Source: Phallusia mammillata
Lineage: Eukaryota
Length of the DNA stretch: 64,000 nucleotides
Assembly (NCBI GenBank): GCA_965637545.1
Contig: OZ281501.1
Span: 19,034,001 to 19,098,000 of the forward strand
Reading direction: 5' to 3'
Part shown: positions 24,760 to 37,170 of the stretch, piece after piece
Numbering within the stretch: position 1 is the first letter of the stretch
How the letters are laid out: each line of letters starts with the position of its first letter
Program-made: the position numbers and the translations under genes
The notes under the pieces: model-generated
What the model was told of the DNA's origin: nothing
What the model saw: the letters and a program-made list of their open reading frames with translations, nothing else
The model's database searches: none

Positions 24760-26263
24760 CTGCAAAACACAGAGAAAAAAATCAGGCAGTGGAAATACCG
24801 TTTGTGCACGTCTGACTTTGCTCGCTTGAATTTGTCTGCAGCCAAGGAAAGCTGCGGTTACGTCATTTCAGCCAGACTCGCTGGAAACGTATTTAAGCGA
24901 GCAAAAGTCATTTCTGCAAAAATATTACGCCTTGCTGGGAACACTTTATTGTAACTATATATCACATGTTTCCCTTTATTGTGATTTTTTATCGTATCTT
25001 TACTGAATTATATCATACCACAATTGATTTTTTCAGGTGTATAAAAGCAGAACCAACCTTATTATTTTTACAAACGTTTTATTTTCACAAACAAAACAAC
25101 ACAAATTTAAATGCAGATTCGAATTCATCAGACATATCAGCACACATGATACACATTACGCCATTGCTACGGTTTAATACACATTACATCATTGCTGGTT
25201 TAATATACATTACATTATTGGTGGTTTAAACAAGTGCTCACACGAAAGTCCCGAGGACATCTTAACAGTTTTATGTGACGTTTGCGGTGGAACAATGGTG
25301 CTTTGTCGACACGAGCTGTTTACAGGTTCACCTTGTCCCACTGAGATGAACAAAGCGGCTACTTAGGCAGGTGTATGAATAAGCTATTGTCAGTTTGACA
25401 AGAAAGTATTTTTACCCAATTAAGTAACACTCGATATAACTTGAACTGCATGCGGGATCAAATGCAACTTTGTTTGTTAACAAATCCAGCCAGCAGGCGA
25501 TCTGCTTAAATTTTTTCTCAAAGTTGGGTGGCTGAAAAATTTTTGGGGTCGGCGATTTTTGTAAGGAAGTCCTCTACCATTTAATATTATTTTATCTGCA
25601 GTTTGAGGCACAAAATAATTTGTTATAATTTACACACCTTTGACATATCACCATTTTTGTAGCAGACATTATAACGTTTTAACTTGTTTTGCGTAATTTT
25701 GCATAACTAGCTCAAATTCTGCAAGTCAATTTTATTTTTTCTTAATTACATACTCAGGTTTAAGGACCGCAAGCCCTAGATATAATGACAAAGTGACTGT
25801 TCTGAAAAAATAATAAATAATTTGAGAACCACTGAGTTAAATGAATATAAATCGCAGAGGCTTAACTTTCACAGTGGTCGATTGGAGAAAAACAACGATT
25901 GGCGGTTAATGAAACAGTCTGCAGCATATTTCGAAACTAATAAACGGGCATGGATTTATTGTAAGGCAAACAATCGGCAGAAACGTTTTGCCAAGGCAGC
26001 AAAACAGTTTTGTGACATTCGCAGTGGAACAATGGTGCTTTGTCTACACGAGCTGTTTACAGGTTCACCTTGTTCCAATGAGATGAACAAAGCGGCTACT
26101 CAGGCAGGTGTGTGAATAAGTGATTGTCTTTCCAACAAATTATCGGTTACCGTGATGGCATTACGTCAGTTTGTTATGAAGCAAGCCACTGTTTGTTACG
26201 CCGTCCGTGGAAATCTGTCGTCGCTTTGTCGAAGTTTTTTACAGGCTCTCCCTTCAACTGCAC

Positions 26264-26455
26264 TGACGTCATGGAAAAAACACCGACAATGCGAGTAGTT
26301 GAAGAAAAAGGCGATTGTTTCAGCATCACTTGCCATGGTGACAACACGAGAGACGTTTCAGAAAAAAGGAGCTTTTTTTGCTCAATGCACATCTGCCATT
26401 TATATATACCCCAAAGTCACCAAAATTAATCAATTGCTTTTAGTCTTCGGGCAGG
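26264..26455 (+). promoter_or_regulatory. Collectin proximal promoter: CRE, RFX X-box-like palindrome, TATA-like element
   Basis: TGACGTCA at 26264, CTTGCCATGGTGAC at 26329, TTTATATATA at ~26399. Equivalent elements lie upstream of paralogs 2, 4 and 5. Confidence 0.45.
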
Positions 26456-28936
26456 ATGTACTTGTTACCTAAGCTTGTTTTCCTCTTGACAATCATTGGT
26501 GCGTCATATTGTCATGACAACCACCAGCAAAAATATTTGGTTTGTCGGCCGCTTGACAGTTTGTTTGAGCAACAACCTTCAAGTTATTTGAATCAGTCAA
26601 CACTAAGAGGACCTCCAGGTCGGCCAGGTAAACGCGGTCCTCCCGGTTTTAAAGGTGAGCAAGGTCAACCTGGAGGCCCAGGAATGCAAGGGGTCAAAGG
26701 TGGAAGGGGTGAACGTGGTTTGCAGGGCCCAGAAGGACCACCCGGGCCGGTTGGACCCCAACCATTGCTGAATTGGACCCGAATCGACAATCGTATACAT
26801 GAAATAATTAATGGTAAGACCTTCAGCTAATGATTTCTGTTATCGATAACATAGGAAAGGTATCGATAGCATAGAAAATCTTAATTTAGAATTAACAACA
26901 ATATATTTGATTAAATTAAGAAAACGTATTTACAAAAGTATATTATTCTAATACATTCAATAATTGCTACTGCAAATGCACTAAAATTGGTAATGATAAA
27001 GCTTTCAAATGATGCTTTAAATCGAATGTAACAAAGTGTGCAACAATTTTGTAACGTATACTTTCACTGGCGAGTTTCCCAGAAATACACGGTGGCAGAA
27101 ATACAGCTTTGACGTCATACATGCAGTGGGTAAATCCCAACACAAGTGACAAACTTCTTACAGGAGTTGGTTAACTGGTTGTTTTCCTCGCAAACATCAA
27201 CCTTTCTTACGTACAATTCTTACGTATGAGACATCGAAACGTTGGCATAGTAGAATAAAAAACTGCCGAAAGAGCTGAAAATTTTGTTGGTACAATCCTT
27301 ACATATCAAACATTTGACAGTTGAAGCTAGTAACTATTTTCGGCGCTATCTCGTGTACATGCTCTAAAAGTCGAATTGCCTCCAATTTAGCACTGTTCCA
27401 ACAACATTGACACAAACAGACCAATAAGTTCCGGCCAAAACACCAACACTGTCAGTCAATATTGGAATGGCAAAATTTCTCTCTATTGGCAGAACAAAGA
27501 GTATGTAAATTTCGGCGGGTTTACTACTGAAGCTTAGTTAAAAGAGCGTGAGTCCCAAAAAGACCCCTGTCGTGGGTTCAAATCCCACCGCAGGCTGGAT
27601 TTTTTTTTCTAAACATTCTATGTTCTGAATTTTAGCATCTTGTACCCTAATCTGCAGTAGTTTTCACAATTCGTTTCACATAATCGTATTGTGCGGAAAT
27701 ATGCAACCTGGTTGACGAAACGCCTTTTCAGTATTTTTATAGAAAATAATAGCTTTCGCATAATCTAATGTCTTAGATTTGTCTGTGATGTCACAAGCTG
27801 CCCTTAGATCATCAATATGCGTAAACAAGCGCATCTACAAGTGAAATAAATCTTGAATGTTGTAGTGAAGGAAGAAATATCGCGGAAAGCTTATTTTATT
27901 CAGCTTGGACCGTCATTCTCACGACTCTGCAAGATAAAATTACAACTACCATTCCTTAAAAGTAAAAGTTTGAACACCACTGTCGTAGGTCTGGGAATAG
28001 TCTATGCGGCCTACACGAGTGTCGATAGAACGTTGAGTGGCTCTTATGAACAGAAAGGTTCTTCACCCCTGTCTCAAACATTTGACAGTTGAAGCTAGTT
28101 ACCATATTCTAGCGTTTGGCGCAAATTCGTGTAAATAAACTTCTCTTAAAGTCGAATTACCTTAACTTAAGCGCAGTTGCAACAACATTCACACAAACAG
28201 ACCAATAAATTCGCCACTCTAACAAATTCATTATTTGTAAAGATGAAATTTCTTTCTGTTGGCAGAACAAAGAAAGTGTACAGGAGTGGTGTACAGAGAT
28301 CATTGCTACTGGCTCCCGCAGATTGTTGCGAAATTCAGTGGTCACGGTGGAAAGTCGGCAGCTGCAAATGTTTGTAGTGCCTACGGTGCCACATTGGTTG
28401 ACATAGAAACTGAAGAACAATATGATGTTCTATACAAATACATTCAGAAAGCTTGGCTGATGTACGTTGATTACCCGACACGCGATTATGTTCAAGTGTG
28501 GTTGGCATCAAGTTACACGGTGAGTGTTTCATTTCTTACAAGCGGCCATTTATTGTGAAGGAAACAAAGCAAAATTAAAATTGAGAAAACACGTCACATA
28601 AGTATGTTCTTAAGATCCGAATGAACGCGATAATTGTTTAATTTTGATAATTTTGTAACTAGATGTTTAGTACAAACAAAGTATTTAAGTAAGCCTGTGG
28701 TGAATACATAAATTAGCTGGTTTCAGGTTGTGGCCAATCGACGTTAATCTGTTTAGAATGGAAATGCGGTGAGCTCCACAGGTGCTAGTGTTTACACACA
28801 ATGGTATAGCAGCTTCTTTCCTAACAACAGTCCTGGTATCCTTTGGGAAGTGGGAAAACCTACACGGACTGGGTCTACCGGAATGTGGACAAATAGCGAG
28901 AGTTATGCATCCGCTCTGCCGTTCTGTCGCCTGTAA
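26456..28936 (+). CDS. Collectin-like protein paralog 3; join(26456-26813,28266-28519,28757-28936), 263 aa, long collagen (17 Gly-X-Y)
   Basis: Same architecture as paralog 2. Splice phases 1 and 0 give an open frame; exon 3 reads [59 protein letters not shown]. Confidence 0.85.
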
Positions 28937-30475
28937 ATTAACTTTGAAGTTCTTTGGTAGAAACAATAAAATATTTACACGACTGTTCCTGTGACAAATT
29001 AATTAAAACTGAAAACTTTGTTAAGAATAATCCAAGTTAAATGATCGCACCGACAAATATCGCAATACCATTGCCTTTTCCGGGTTTTTGGTAAACTAAC
29101 CCAAATGTACATATGTTTGTTAACTAACCCATATGATACAGGTATAACTTCGTCAGAAACGCTATTTGGCAAATATTTAAAAACTCACAATTTAAAAATG
29201 TATTGAAACCTGCGCTGCGCTGTGGCGCTGGAGTGAAAAAATAGCGAGTTTGGGATGTGAGAAGAAATAATAGAGTGACGACCAGATTCCATCTAAATGA
29301 TAATTCACATTTACTTTGTTGTTGTTTGGTATTTTTTTCCACACCGCGTTGTACAAAACTTAAAACTTGTTGTTATTTCATTGTTAAGTAATAAATTCAA
29401 GTGGGTGTGTCAAATGTGTGTTTTATGCGGTGAGACCAGTAGGAGATTGTGTTTGACAGCCACAAGAGCATGAAGGCCAACATCTTAGGTTGAATGTGTA
29501 CAAAAAATGAATCGATGTTTCCATTCTACATTAAATGCTGCGTCTAATTTTATCGTTAAAAATATCTTACGTCTTAAGGATTTACATACGTTGAAAAATG
29601 CGATCAAATATTAACGCACAAATAAAAATGTTAAAACCTTTATTTACTCGAGGACATTTAACGGCCCCTTGCTCCGCGCTTGTAAACTTCTACATACAAA
29701 TTGCCAGACACCAAACATGTTACAGAAACCTTTGGGTGTGTAATAAGCATGTACAGATTAAAACCAATTTGCATTGTAGCATTTTCGGACTTTCTAGATG
29801 CGTTAGTGGGTGGACTCTTACTAACACTAGATCAGGGGTGCACCGCCTGCAGTCGCAAAGACGACTTTATGTCTCAACACTCGGCAACAATGCGAAACAC
29901 CAGGCACCACAATCGTCACAACATAGATGGTGACATCATAAAGAGTTAATGCTTATCTTCAGACTGTTTACTGTACCCCTGTAAAAGATTAATTAAAATA
30001 TTTGTTAGAAAACCGAATTTGACAGGACAAAGCAAACTGTGTGTCAGGGTTCGAATAGTTGGTAAAATATAACTTAATGACATACACCAGAGGTGTGCAA
30101 TCTTTTTCACTGTGGAGCAAAATACAATTACCATGATTAGATCGCGGGCCGCACCTTTATTTTGTTGCATACAAAATATGTCTATATTGAGTTAGCAAGT
30201 AAAATTCGCTTTTGATATTAGCTGCATTATTGTCAGATCACAGAAACATATCGCCAGGCCCATTGATCTTCTCAAATATATTTCTATTAGTTTTTCAGTA
30301 CTTTTAAAACCCAACCCATATGCGGTTCAATTGGCCGTAATTGGCCCTTGAGTCGAAGGTTGCACGCCTGCTTCAGAACAATAGAAATTATATACATACA
30401 TGATGTTTATTCATGAAAAATATTTACAGAATCTCAATCAACCAATCCCCCAAAAAGTTGATTTTATTGTACAAG

Positions 30476-31850
30476 TTACAGTGACACAATTACGGTGTCG
30501 TCTGCAGAACCAACGTTGGGTTCTTAACCAGAATAGTGTTTAATCCAGGAATGTACAGCGTTGATCTTGGAATAAAAAGTTGGTCTTGGTTCGAACAATC
30601 GTCGTTCCCCCCAGGAAACGACCCCAACCAGAAGGTAACCGCTTGAAGCGTCACCAACAACAAGCGGACCACCAGAGTCTACCTACAAAACAACCATTTA
30701 TTGAAAATTAACGACTTAGACTCAGATAGAAAACCTATGATTATTATTAAAGCAACAATTTTATACAAATTCTCACCACACAAGCAATATTTTTTTTTCA
30801 AATTGTCACCACACAGCCCGCCTTTCCACCAACACAAAGCATGCATTATGTAAACTTGCTTCCGACAACTCCTACGCGTGCTCTTGCAGAAAGCAAGGGA
30901 ATTTTTGCAACGTGCATTGTTGCATCCGAGATCGGCCCGTTTAGGTAACAAACATGTTCATACAACTGATAATGCGACCAAATATTGTAAATCAAACGTT
31001 TCCAACTGATTTTTGAATGCTTTACAACCCGGGATAAATTTTAATCCCTATTTTGGTTTAAACACTGGATACTCCCAGGTAATGTCCGGGTCAACTTTTG
31101 TATGTCTGTATAAAGGTCATATGCCTTAATTTAAAGCAGTCGTTTTCAACTTTTATAGATCCCCAATATGGACACAAACCTCGAGTGGGAAATAGTCGAA
31201 AAAATCAAGAATACGGTGCTCATCCACTCGTGATCAATCTAAATTTAAAGGATGTTTGCAACATAACCTTTACTCTGTGCATTCATTGTGCTACAGAACA
31301 CGTGGATCGTGTGCCCTTTAAAGGGATTATGTCACAATGGAAAATGACCTAATGTCATTTGGAGATTGTGTTTAGTATCCGTGGCCCACATAAATACACC
31401 TCGTGCTCCCGGTTGAGAAATCGCAGGTTTAAAGAAATTGACAAAGTTTCTGTCATACTCTGTAGTGTTGTCCCTTTTTGTAAAGTTAGAATATAGCCCC
31501 ATCCAGTGGTGGTTATAATGGTTCCTTCTTCGCGTCGTTAAGACGAATCAGCTGAACCTACCAACAATAATTAAAGAAATTGATTTCTATTTACAAATTA
31601 ACCACTTGGGAGTTTCTGAGCTTTTGCCTCAAAGAATCCTCAAAACATTTTGTTCCCTTACATTGGAATTAAAAGTGGCTTCAGTTTCAAAAAAATATTT
31701 TGCTTACTTACATAAGAATTTAATGTCGCTGCATATTCCAGGTGTGCGATAGTGAAGTCATAGTTATGTGTCGTTGAGTTATAAATCGAAACGGGGATAA
31801 TCAGTCCTTGCTCCTTCCAATTAATAGTTCCCAACACCACTGTGACGCCG
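30476..31850 (-). pseudogene. Trypsin-like (peptidase S1) serine protease pseudogene, 3' half; exons ~31712-31850, 31459-31557, 30810-30940, 30476-30682
   Basis: Translated exons: VVLGTINW..YNSTTHNYDFTIAHL (catalytic Asp region), EEGTIITTTGWG, AKIPLLS..MLCVGGKAGC, and DSGGPLVV...VGVVSWG. Contains stops and frameshifts; no His (TAAHC) exon found. Confidence 0.8.
31137..31426. mobile_element. hAT MITE in the protease pseudogene intron
   Basis: CAGTCGTTTTCAAC / GTTGAGAAATCGCAG; TSD ATTTAAAG/GTTTAAAG. Confidence 0.65.
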
Positions 31851-33040
31851 CTTCAAAAAACAAAACGGAATGTTTAAAAGATTGTATTTTAACCTCAATG
31901 AATTGTGAGAGGTAAATAGATAAGCATCGTTTTCAGGGATTAAGAATGGGTGGAAGGATTGTGTATAAAGAACAACCAACCTTATTAGATTTACGAACGC
32001 TTTATTTTCACAAACGAAAACAACACTAACTTAAATGTAGATTCGAATCCAACTGACATATCAGCACACACGATACACATTATGTCATATGTGCCGAGGA
32101 CTGCAAAACAGTTTTGTGTGATATTTGGGGTGGCACACGTTTTTTTGTCTACGCGAGTTGTTTACAGACTCGATGATGAACAAAGCAGCTACTCAGGCAG
32201 ATGTATGAGTAAGCAAATGTTTTTCCAACAAATTATGGGTTACCGTGATGTCATTACGTGTCAGTTTGTTATGAAGCAAGTCACTGTTTGTTATGGCGTC
32301 CTTTACAACTCATGTTTACTCACAAGTTTCAGGTAGTGAATCATTTTCTGGCTTATTTGCAGTTTGTCTGATGAAACTCAATTACGTAACACTCGATATA
32401 ACATAAACTGCATGCAGGTTTCAAATGCAACTTTGTTTGTTTACAAATCCAGTAGGAAGGCGATCTGCCTAAATTTTGTTTATGATATAATTTTGTTAAC
32501 TTTATACAGTTTCCTTATAGAGCAGAGTTTCCCAAAGTTGGGTTGCCTGAAAAATCTTTGGGTCGCCGATTTATGTAACAAAGTCATCTACTTTTATTAT
32601 TGCTTCGTAGCCTTTATTTTCCCTATAGTTTTAGTCATATTTCCATGGTATGACACGCTGCAATATTTTCCCATAATTCACAAACCTTTGACATACCACC
32701 ATTTTTGTAGCAGACATTATGACATTTTGACTTGCAGTAGTGTTTAATTCCAAAATACCCAGAAACACAACCGAATTTAGTCACATTTGTTGTGTGGAAG
32801 TTTGACGTCGCTTTGTCTAAGTTATTTACAGGCTCTCCCTCCAAATACACTGACGTCATGAATCAAACACCGACAATGCGAGTCGTCGAAGAAAAAGGCG
32901 ATTGTTTCAGCATCACTTGCCATGGTGACAACACGAGAGACGTTTTAGAAAAAGGAGTCTTTTTGCTTGCGGCACATCTGCCATTTATATATACCTTGAT
33001 GTCACACAAACAAATCAGTTGCTTTTAGTCTTCGGGCAGG

Positions 33041-35048
33041 ATGTACTTGTTAACTAAGCTTTTTTTCCTCTTGACAATCATTGATGCGTCATATTGTCAT
33101 GACAACCACCAGCAAAAATATTTGGTTTGTCGGCCGCTTGACAGTTTGTTTGAGCAACAACCTTCAAGTTTTTTGAATCAGTCGACACTAAGAGGACCTC
33201 CAGGTCGGCCAGGTGATCGCGGACCTCCCGGGGATAAAGGTGACCAGGGTCAACCTGGTCCTATTGGACCCCAATCATTGCTGAATTGGACCCGAATCGA
33301 CAATCGTATACATGAAATAATTAAGGGTAAGACTGTGTTTTCTGTTATTGATAACATAGGAATTTAAATTGAATTCTAATTATTGAATGGACAACAAAAT
33401 CATTGCCTACAAAACATATTTACACAACTATGTGATGCCAATACCATTAATAATTGCTACTGCAAATGCACTAAAATTGGTAGTGGAAATGCTTTTAAAC
33501 AATGCATTAAATACAAAGTAACCAAGTATGCAATAATTCTGTAACTTTTACTGTCACTGGCGAGTTTCCCAGAAATACACGGAATCAGAATTACAGCTTT
33601 GACGTCACGCATGTAGTGGATAAATCCCAACACAAGTGACAAACTTCCTACAGGAGCTACTTAACTGGTTGTTTTCCTCGGAATCATCAGTGTTTCTTAC
33701 ATACAATTCTCACATAAGCTACACAGGTTCTCCACTGAACCTGTGTAGCTCAGTTGGCAGAGCGCGAGTCCCAGAAACACTCCTGTCGTGGGTTCGAATC
33801 CCGGCTGATTCCGTATGACTTTCAATAGGCCTGGTGTAATATGATTTCTTCATGAGTAATCGGTCTGCATCGATTGTGATCGGTCTGCATCGACGCTTTA
33901 GGGATCCCAGCTATTTATCTTTGACTCAACTGATTACTGGTCGATCTGGCAATCCCTTACTACAAAGCTAACATGTGATAGGTAGAAAACGGTGCTTGTG
34001 ATTCGACTTTCAGAAAGACTCCTGTCGTGAATTCGAATCCCACCGCAAGCAGGATTTTTCTTTTTTCAACTGCAGTCCGGAATTTTGGCATAAAATTTAT
34101 GTTCTGAATTTCTACTACCCTAATCTGCAGTAGTTTTCACAATTCCTTTTACATAATAGTTTTGTGTGGAACAATTGCGCATTCACTGACAAACAATTAC
34201 ATATTTGACGTCTTGAACATTTGACAGTTGAAGCTAGTAACCATTTTCGGCGCTATCTCGTGTACATATATTTGCTCTAAAATGCGAATTACATCCCATT
34301 TAGCACTGTTCCAACAAAATTGACACAAGCAGACCAATAAGTTCCCCATACCAACACTGTCAGTCAATATTTGAATGGCAAAATTTCTTTCTATTGGCAG
34401 AGCAAAGAAACTGTACAGGAGTCGTGTACAGAGATCATTGCTACTGGCTACCGTGGACTATTGTTGCGAAATTCAGTGGTCACGGTGGAAAGTCGGCAGC
34501 TGCAAATGTTTGTAGTTCCCACGGAGCCACATTGGTTGACATAGAGACTAAAGAACAATATGATGTACTTTACAAATACATTGGGAAAGCTTGGCTGATG
34601 TACGTTAATCACCCGACATACGATTTTGTTCGAGTGTGGTTGGCATCAAGTTACACGGTGAGTGTTTCATTTCTTACAAGCGACAATTCATTGCAAAGAG
34701 AACAGTGTTATCAAAGCAAACAAATTTAAATTGAGGAACTACGTAATAGTTGTTTAACTTTAACAATGTTATAGATGTTTAGTAAAAACAAATACTTTAA
34801 GTAAGTCAGTCGTAAATAGATTGATTATCTGGTTTCATGTTGTGGCTAATCAACGTTAATTTGTTTAGAATGGAAATGCGGTGAGCTCCACAGGTGGGAG
34901 CGTTTACACACAATGGTATAGCAGCAGCTATCCTAGCAACAGCCCTGGTATCGGATGGCTTGTGGGGCAACCTACATATTCTGGGTCTTCCGGGATGCAG
35001 ACAATTACCGAGGGTTATCAAAACGCTCTGCCGTTCTGTCGCCTGTAA
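33041..35048 (+). CDS. Collectin-like protein paralog 4; join(33041-33326,34401-34657,34869-35048), 240 aa, short collagen
   Basis: Same architecture, with a 3-nt insertion in exon 2 (PWTIV). Open frame to TAA at 35046-35048. Confidence 0.85.
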
Positions 35049-36113
35049 ATTACCTTTTGAATTGTTTTTCAGAAACAATAAAATATTCACTCGTCTGTTT
35101 CTGTGATAAATTAATTAAAATCAAAGACTTTGTCAAGCTTAATTCAAGTTAAATGATCGCACTGACAAATATCGCTTTTTCGTTGCTTTTTTCAAGTTTT
35201 TGTAACCCAAATGTACACTGGTTTGTTAACTAACCGATATGATACAGGTATAACTTTGTCACAAACGGTATTTTGTAAATATTTAAAAACTCACAATTTG
35301 AAATGTATTGAAACCTGCGCTTTGTCGGGTTTGTCGCTGGAGTAGAAAAATACCGGTTTGGGATGTGAGGAGAAATAATAGAGTATAAAGAGCAGCTTCG
35401 ATCTAAATGACAATTCACATTTATTTTGGTGTTGTTTGGTAATTTTTCTGCCGCAGCGCGTTGTACAAATGTAAAACTTGTTATTTGAAAAGTGTGTTTT
35501 ATGCGGTTTAAAGTAAAACCAGTAGGAGATTGTGTTTGACAGCCGCAAGAGCATGAAGCCCAACATCTTACGAATGTACACAGAAAGTAGATCAATGTTT
35601 CAATTCTACATTAAATTCAAAGTCTGATTTTGTCGTTAAAAATATCTTACATCTCAAGCATTTATATAAGTTAAAAGTAGGATCAAAATACTAAATCACA
35701 AATAAAAAAATAAACCTATTTCTTTAAATCAGTAAGGTTTAAACCAAAACATTTCGACATTTGGTTGCCGTTGGCAAAATAAGGATCGTAAAAAAAGATT
35801 GTAGGCTAAACTCCTGTAATAGATAAATTAAAATATTTGTAAGGAAACCAAATTCGGCAGGATAAAGCAAACTGTGTGTCACGTTTCCAATAGTTGATAA
35901 AATATAACTTATTGACATACACCAGAGGTGTCAATCTTTTTCAGTGTAGGACCAAATACATTTACCATGATTACACAAGGTGGTTTTTCTCTGTTGCATA
36001 CCAAAAATGCTTAAATTGAGTACCAAATATTAAAAGTACCAAACGAGTACCAAATTAAATCATTATCACCAAATTAAAAAAAAATGTTTGTTGATATTGT
36101 ACTATTGTACAAA

Positions 36114-36320
36114 TTATAGTGACACATTTAGGGTGTCGTCGACAGAACCAACGTTAGTTTCCTGAACAAAATTGCTTTTGACCCAGTCACGTAGAGCGCT
36201 GATCTTGCCATAAACGTATGGAACTCGGTTGGAACAGATTTTGTTACCCCAGGAAACGACCCCAACCCGACGGAAACCGCTTGCAGCGTCACCAACAACA
36301 AGCGGACCACCAGAGTCTCC
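36114..36320 (-). pseudogene. Isolated terminal exon of a trypsin-like serine protease (GDSGGPLV...GVVSWG)
   Basis: Open [54 protein letters not shown]. The splice acceptor AG is mutated to GG relative to the 30682 copy, and upstream exons are absent. Confidence 0.8.
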
Positions 36321-36509
36321 CCACAAACATATCATATCTTAAAAAGTAACCACACATATAATATGCTTATGATTATTATTTAACCAATAATATTATTCTT
36401 AGTGCTGAGTTGTTTAGCAAACAACATTAGCTTAGAAATCGATTTCCACAAGTCACGTGATCCTTACTAGCCTCGCGTCCAGTGGCACAAACCGTGCGAT
36501 CCGCAATCT

Positions 36510-37170
36510 TGCTTTTGACAATCCTTTGACTTTTCATCTCAAACACAAACTAGAAGTGATGCAGATTCCTGACGTCACGTTCACATTGGCAACCGATGGC
36601 AAAACTGTAATTGTTAAACTGGAGATTTTTGGACTGAACAGTGCGAGATGTTATTGCATGTTCACATAAGAACTCACAAATACAGCGACTTGTTCATTTC
36701 AGGTTTGTGGGGTGACGTCTACATATGGAACAGGCGCGTCGGACCATTTGCCCAGAATTGCTGTATCTGCTGTCACCAAGTGGTAAATTACAACATTTTA
36801 TTTTACACACACGGTGGCGCTACAGCATTGCTTGTTGCGCGGGTCAGACTCTTACTTTAAATATGTTTTTTCGAAAAATCAAATATTATTAAATTGTTTT
36901 TGACAGAAATTAACTGACGTTTTAACATGCCAAAATATTGCAATGCGCCAGGCGCAAATATTTTATAAAAGTATTTATGAAAAGTTTTTCTTATTTTTCT
37001 GTGACAAACAATGTTTAAACAATCCTTTCAGAGGTTGTCTTTTTGTGGTTTTCTGTGTAATTTCTTATTGATTTTCGTATTGTGTTATGCGAAATAAAAT
37101 TCAATACTACTGAGGTCATCACTGGTTTAAATCATTGACACCAAGCGAAATACAAAGTTGATTTTGACCT
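36510..37170 (-). pseudogene. Decayed spliced gene with cystine-knot / TGF-beta-like Cys spacing (copy B, 3'-truncated)
   Basis: KIFAPG...NKQCCSAT...KWSDAPVPYVD...FNNYSFAIGCQC; homologous to 5440-6340. Confidence 0.35.

Noticed and set aside
29833-30370. Possible hAT MITE (CAGGGGTGCACC...GGTTGCACGCCTG)
   Set aside because: TIRs are weak and no matching 8-bp TSD is present, so the boundaries cannot be supported.
30476-31850. Calling the protease a MASP or a functional enzyme
   Set aside because: No CUB/EGF/CCP or His-motif exons are visible, and the remaining exons carry stops and frameshifts.
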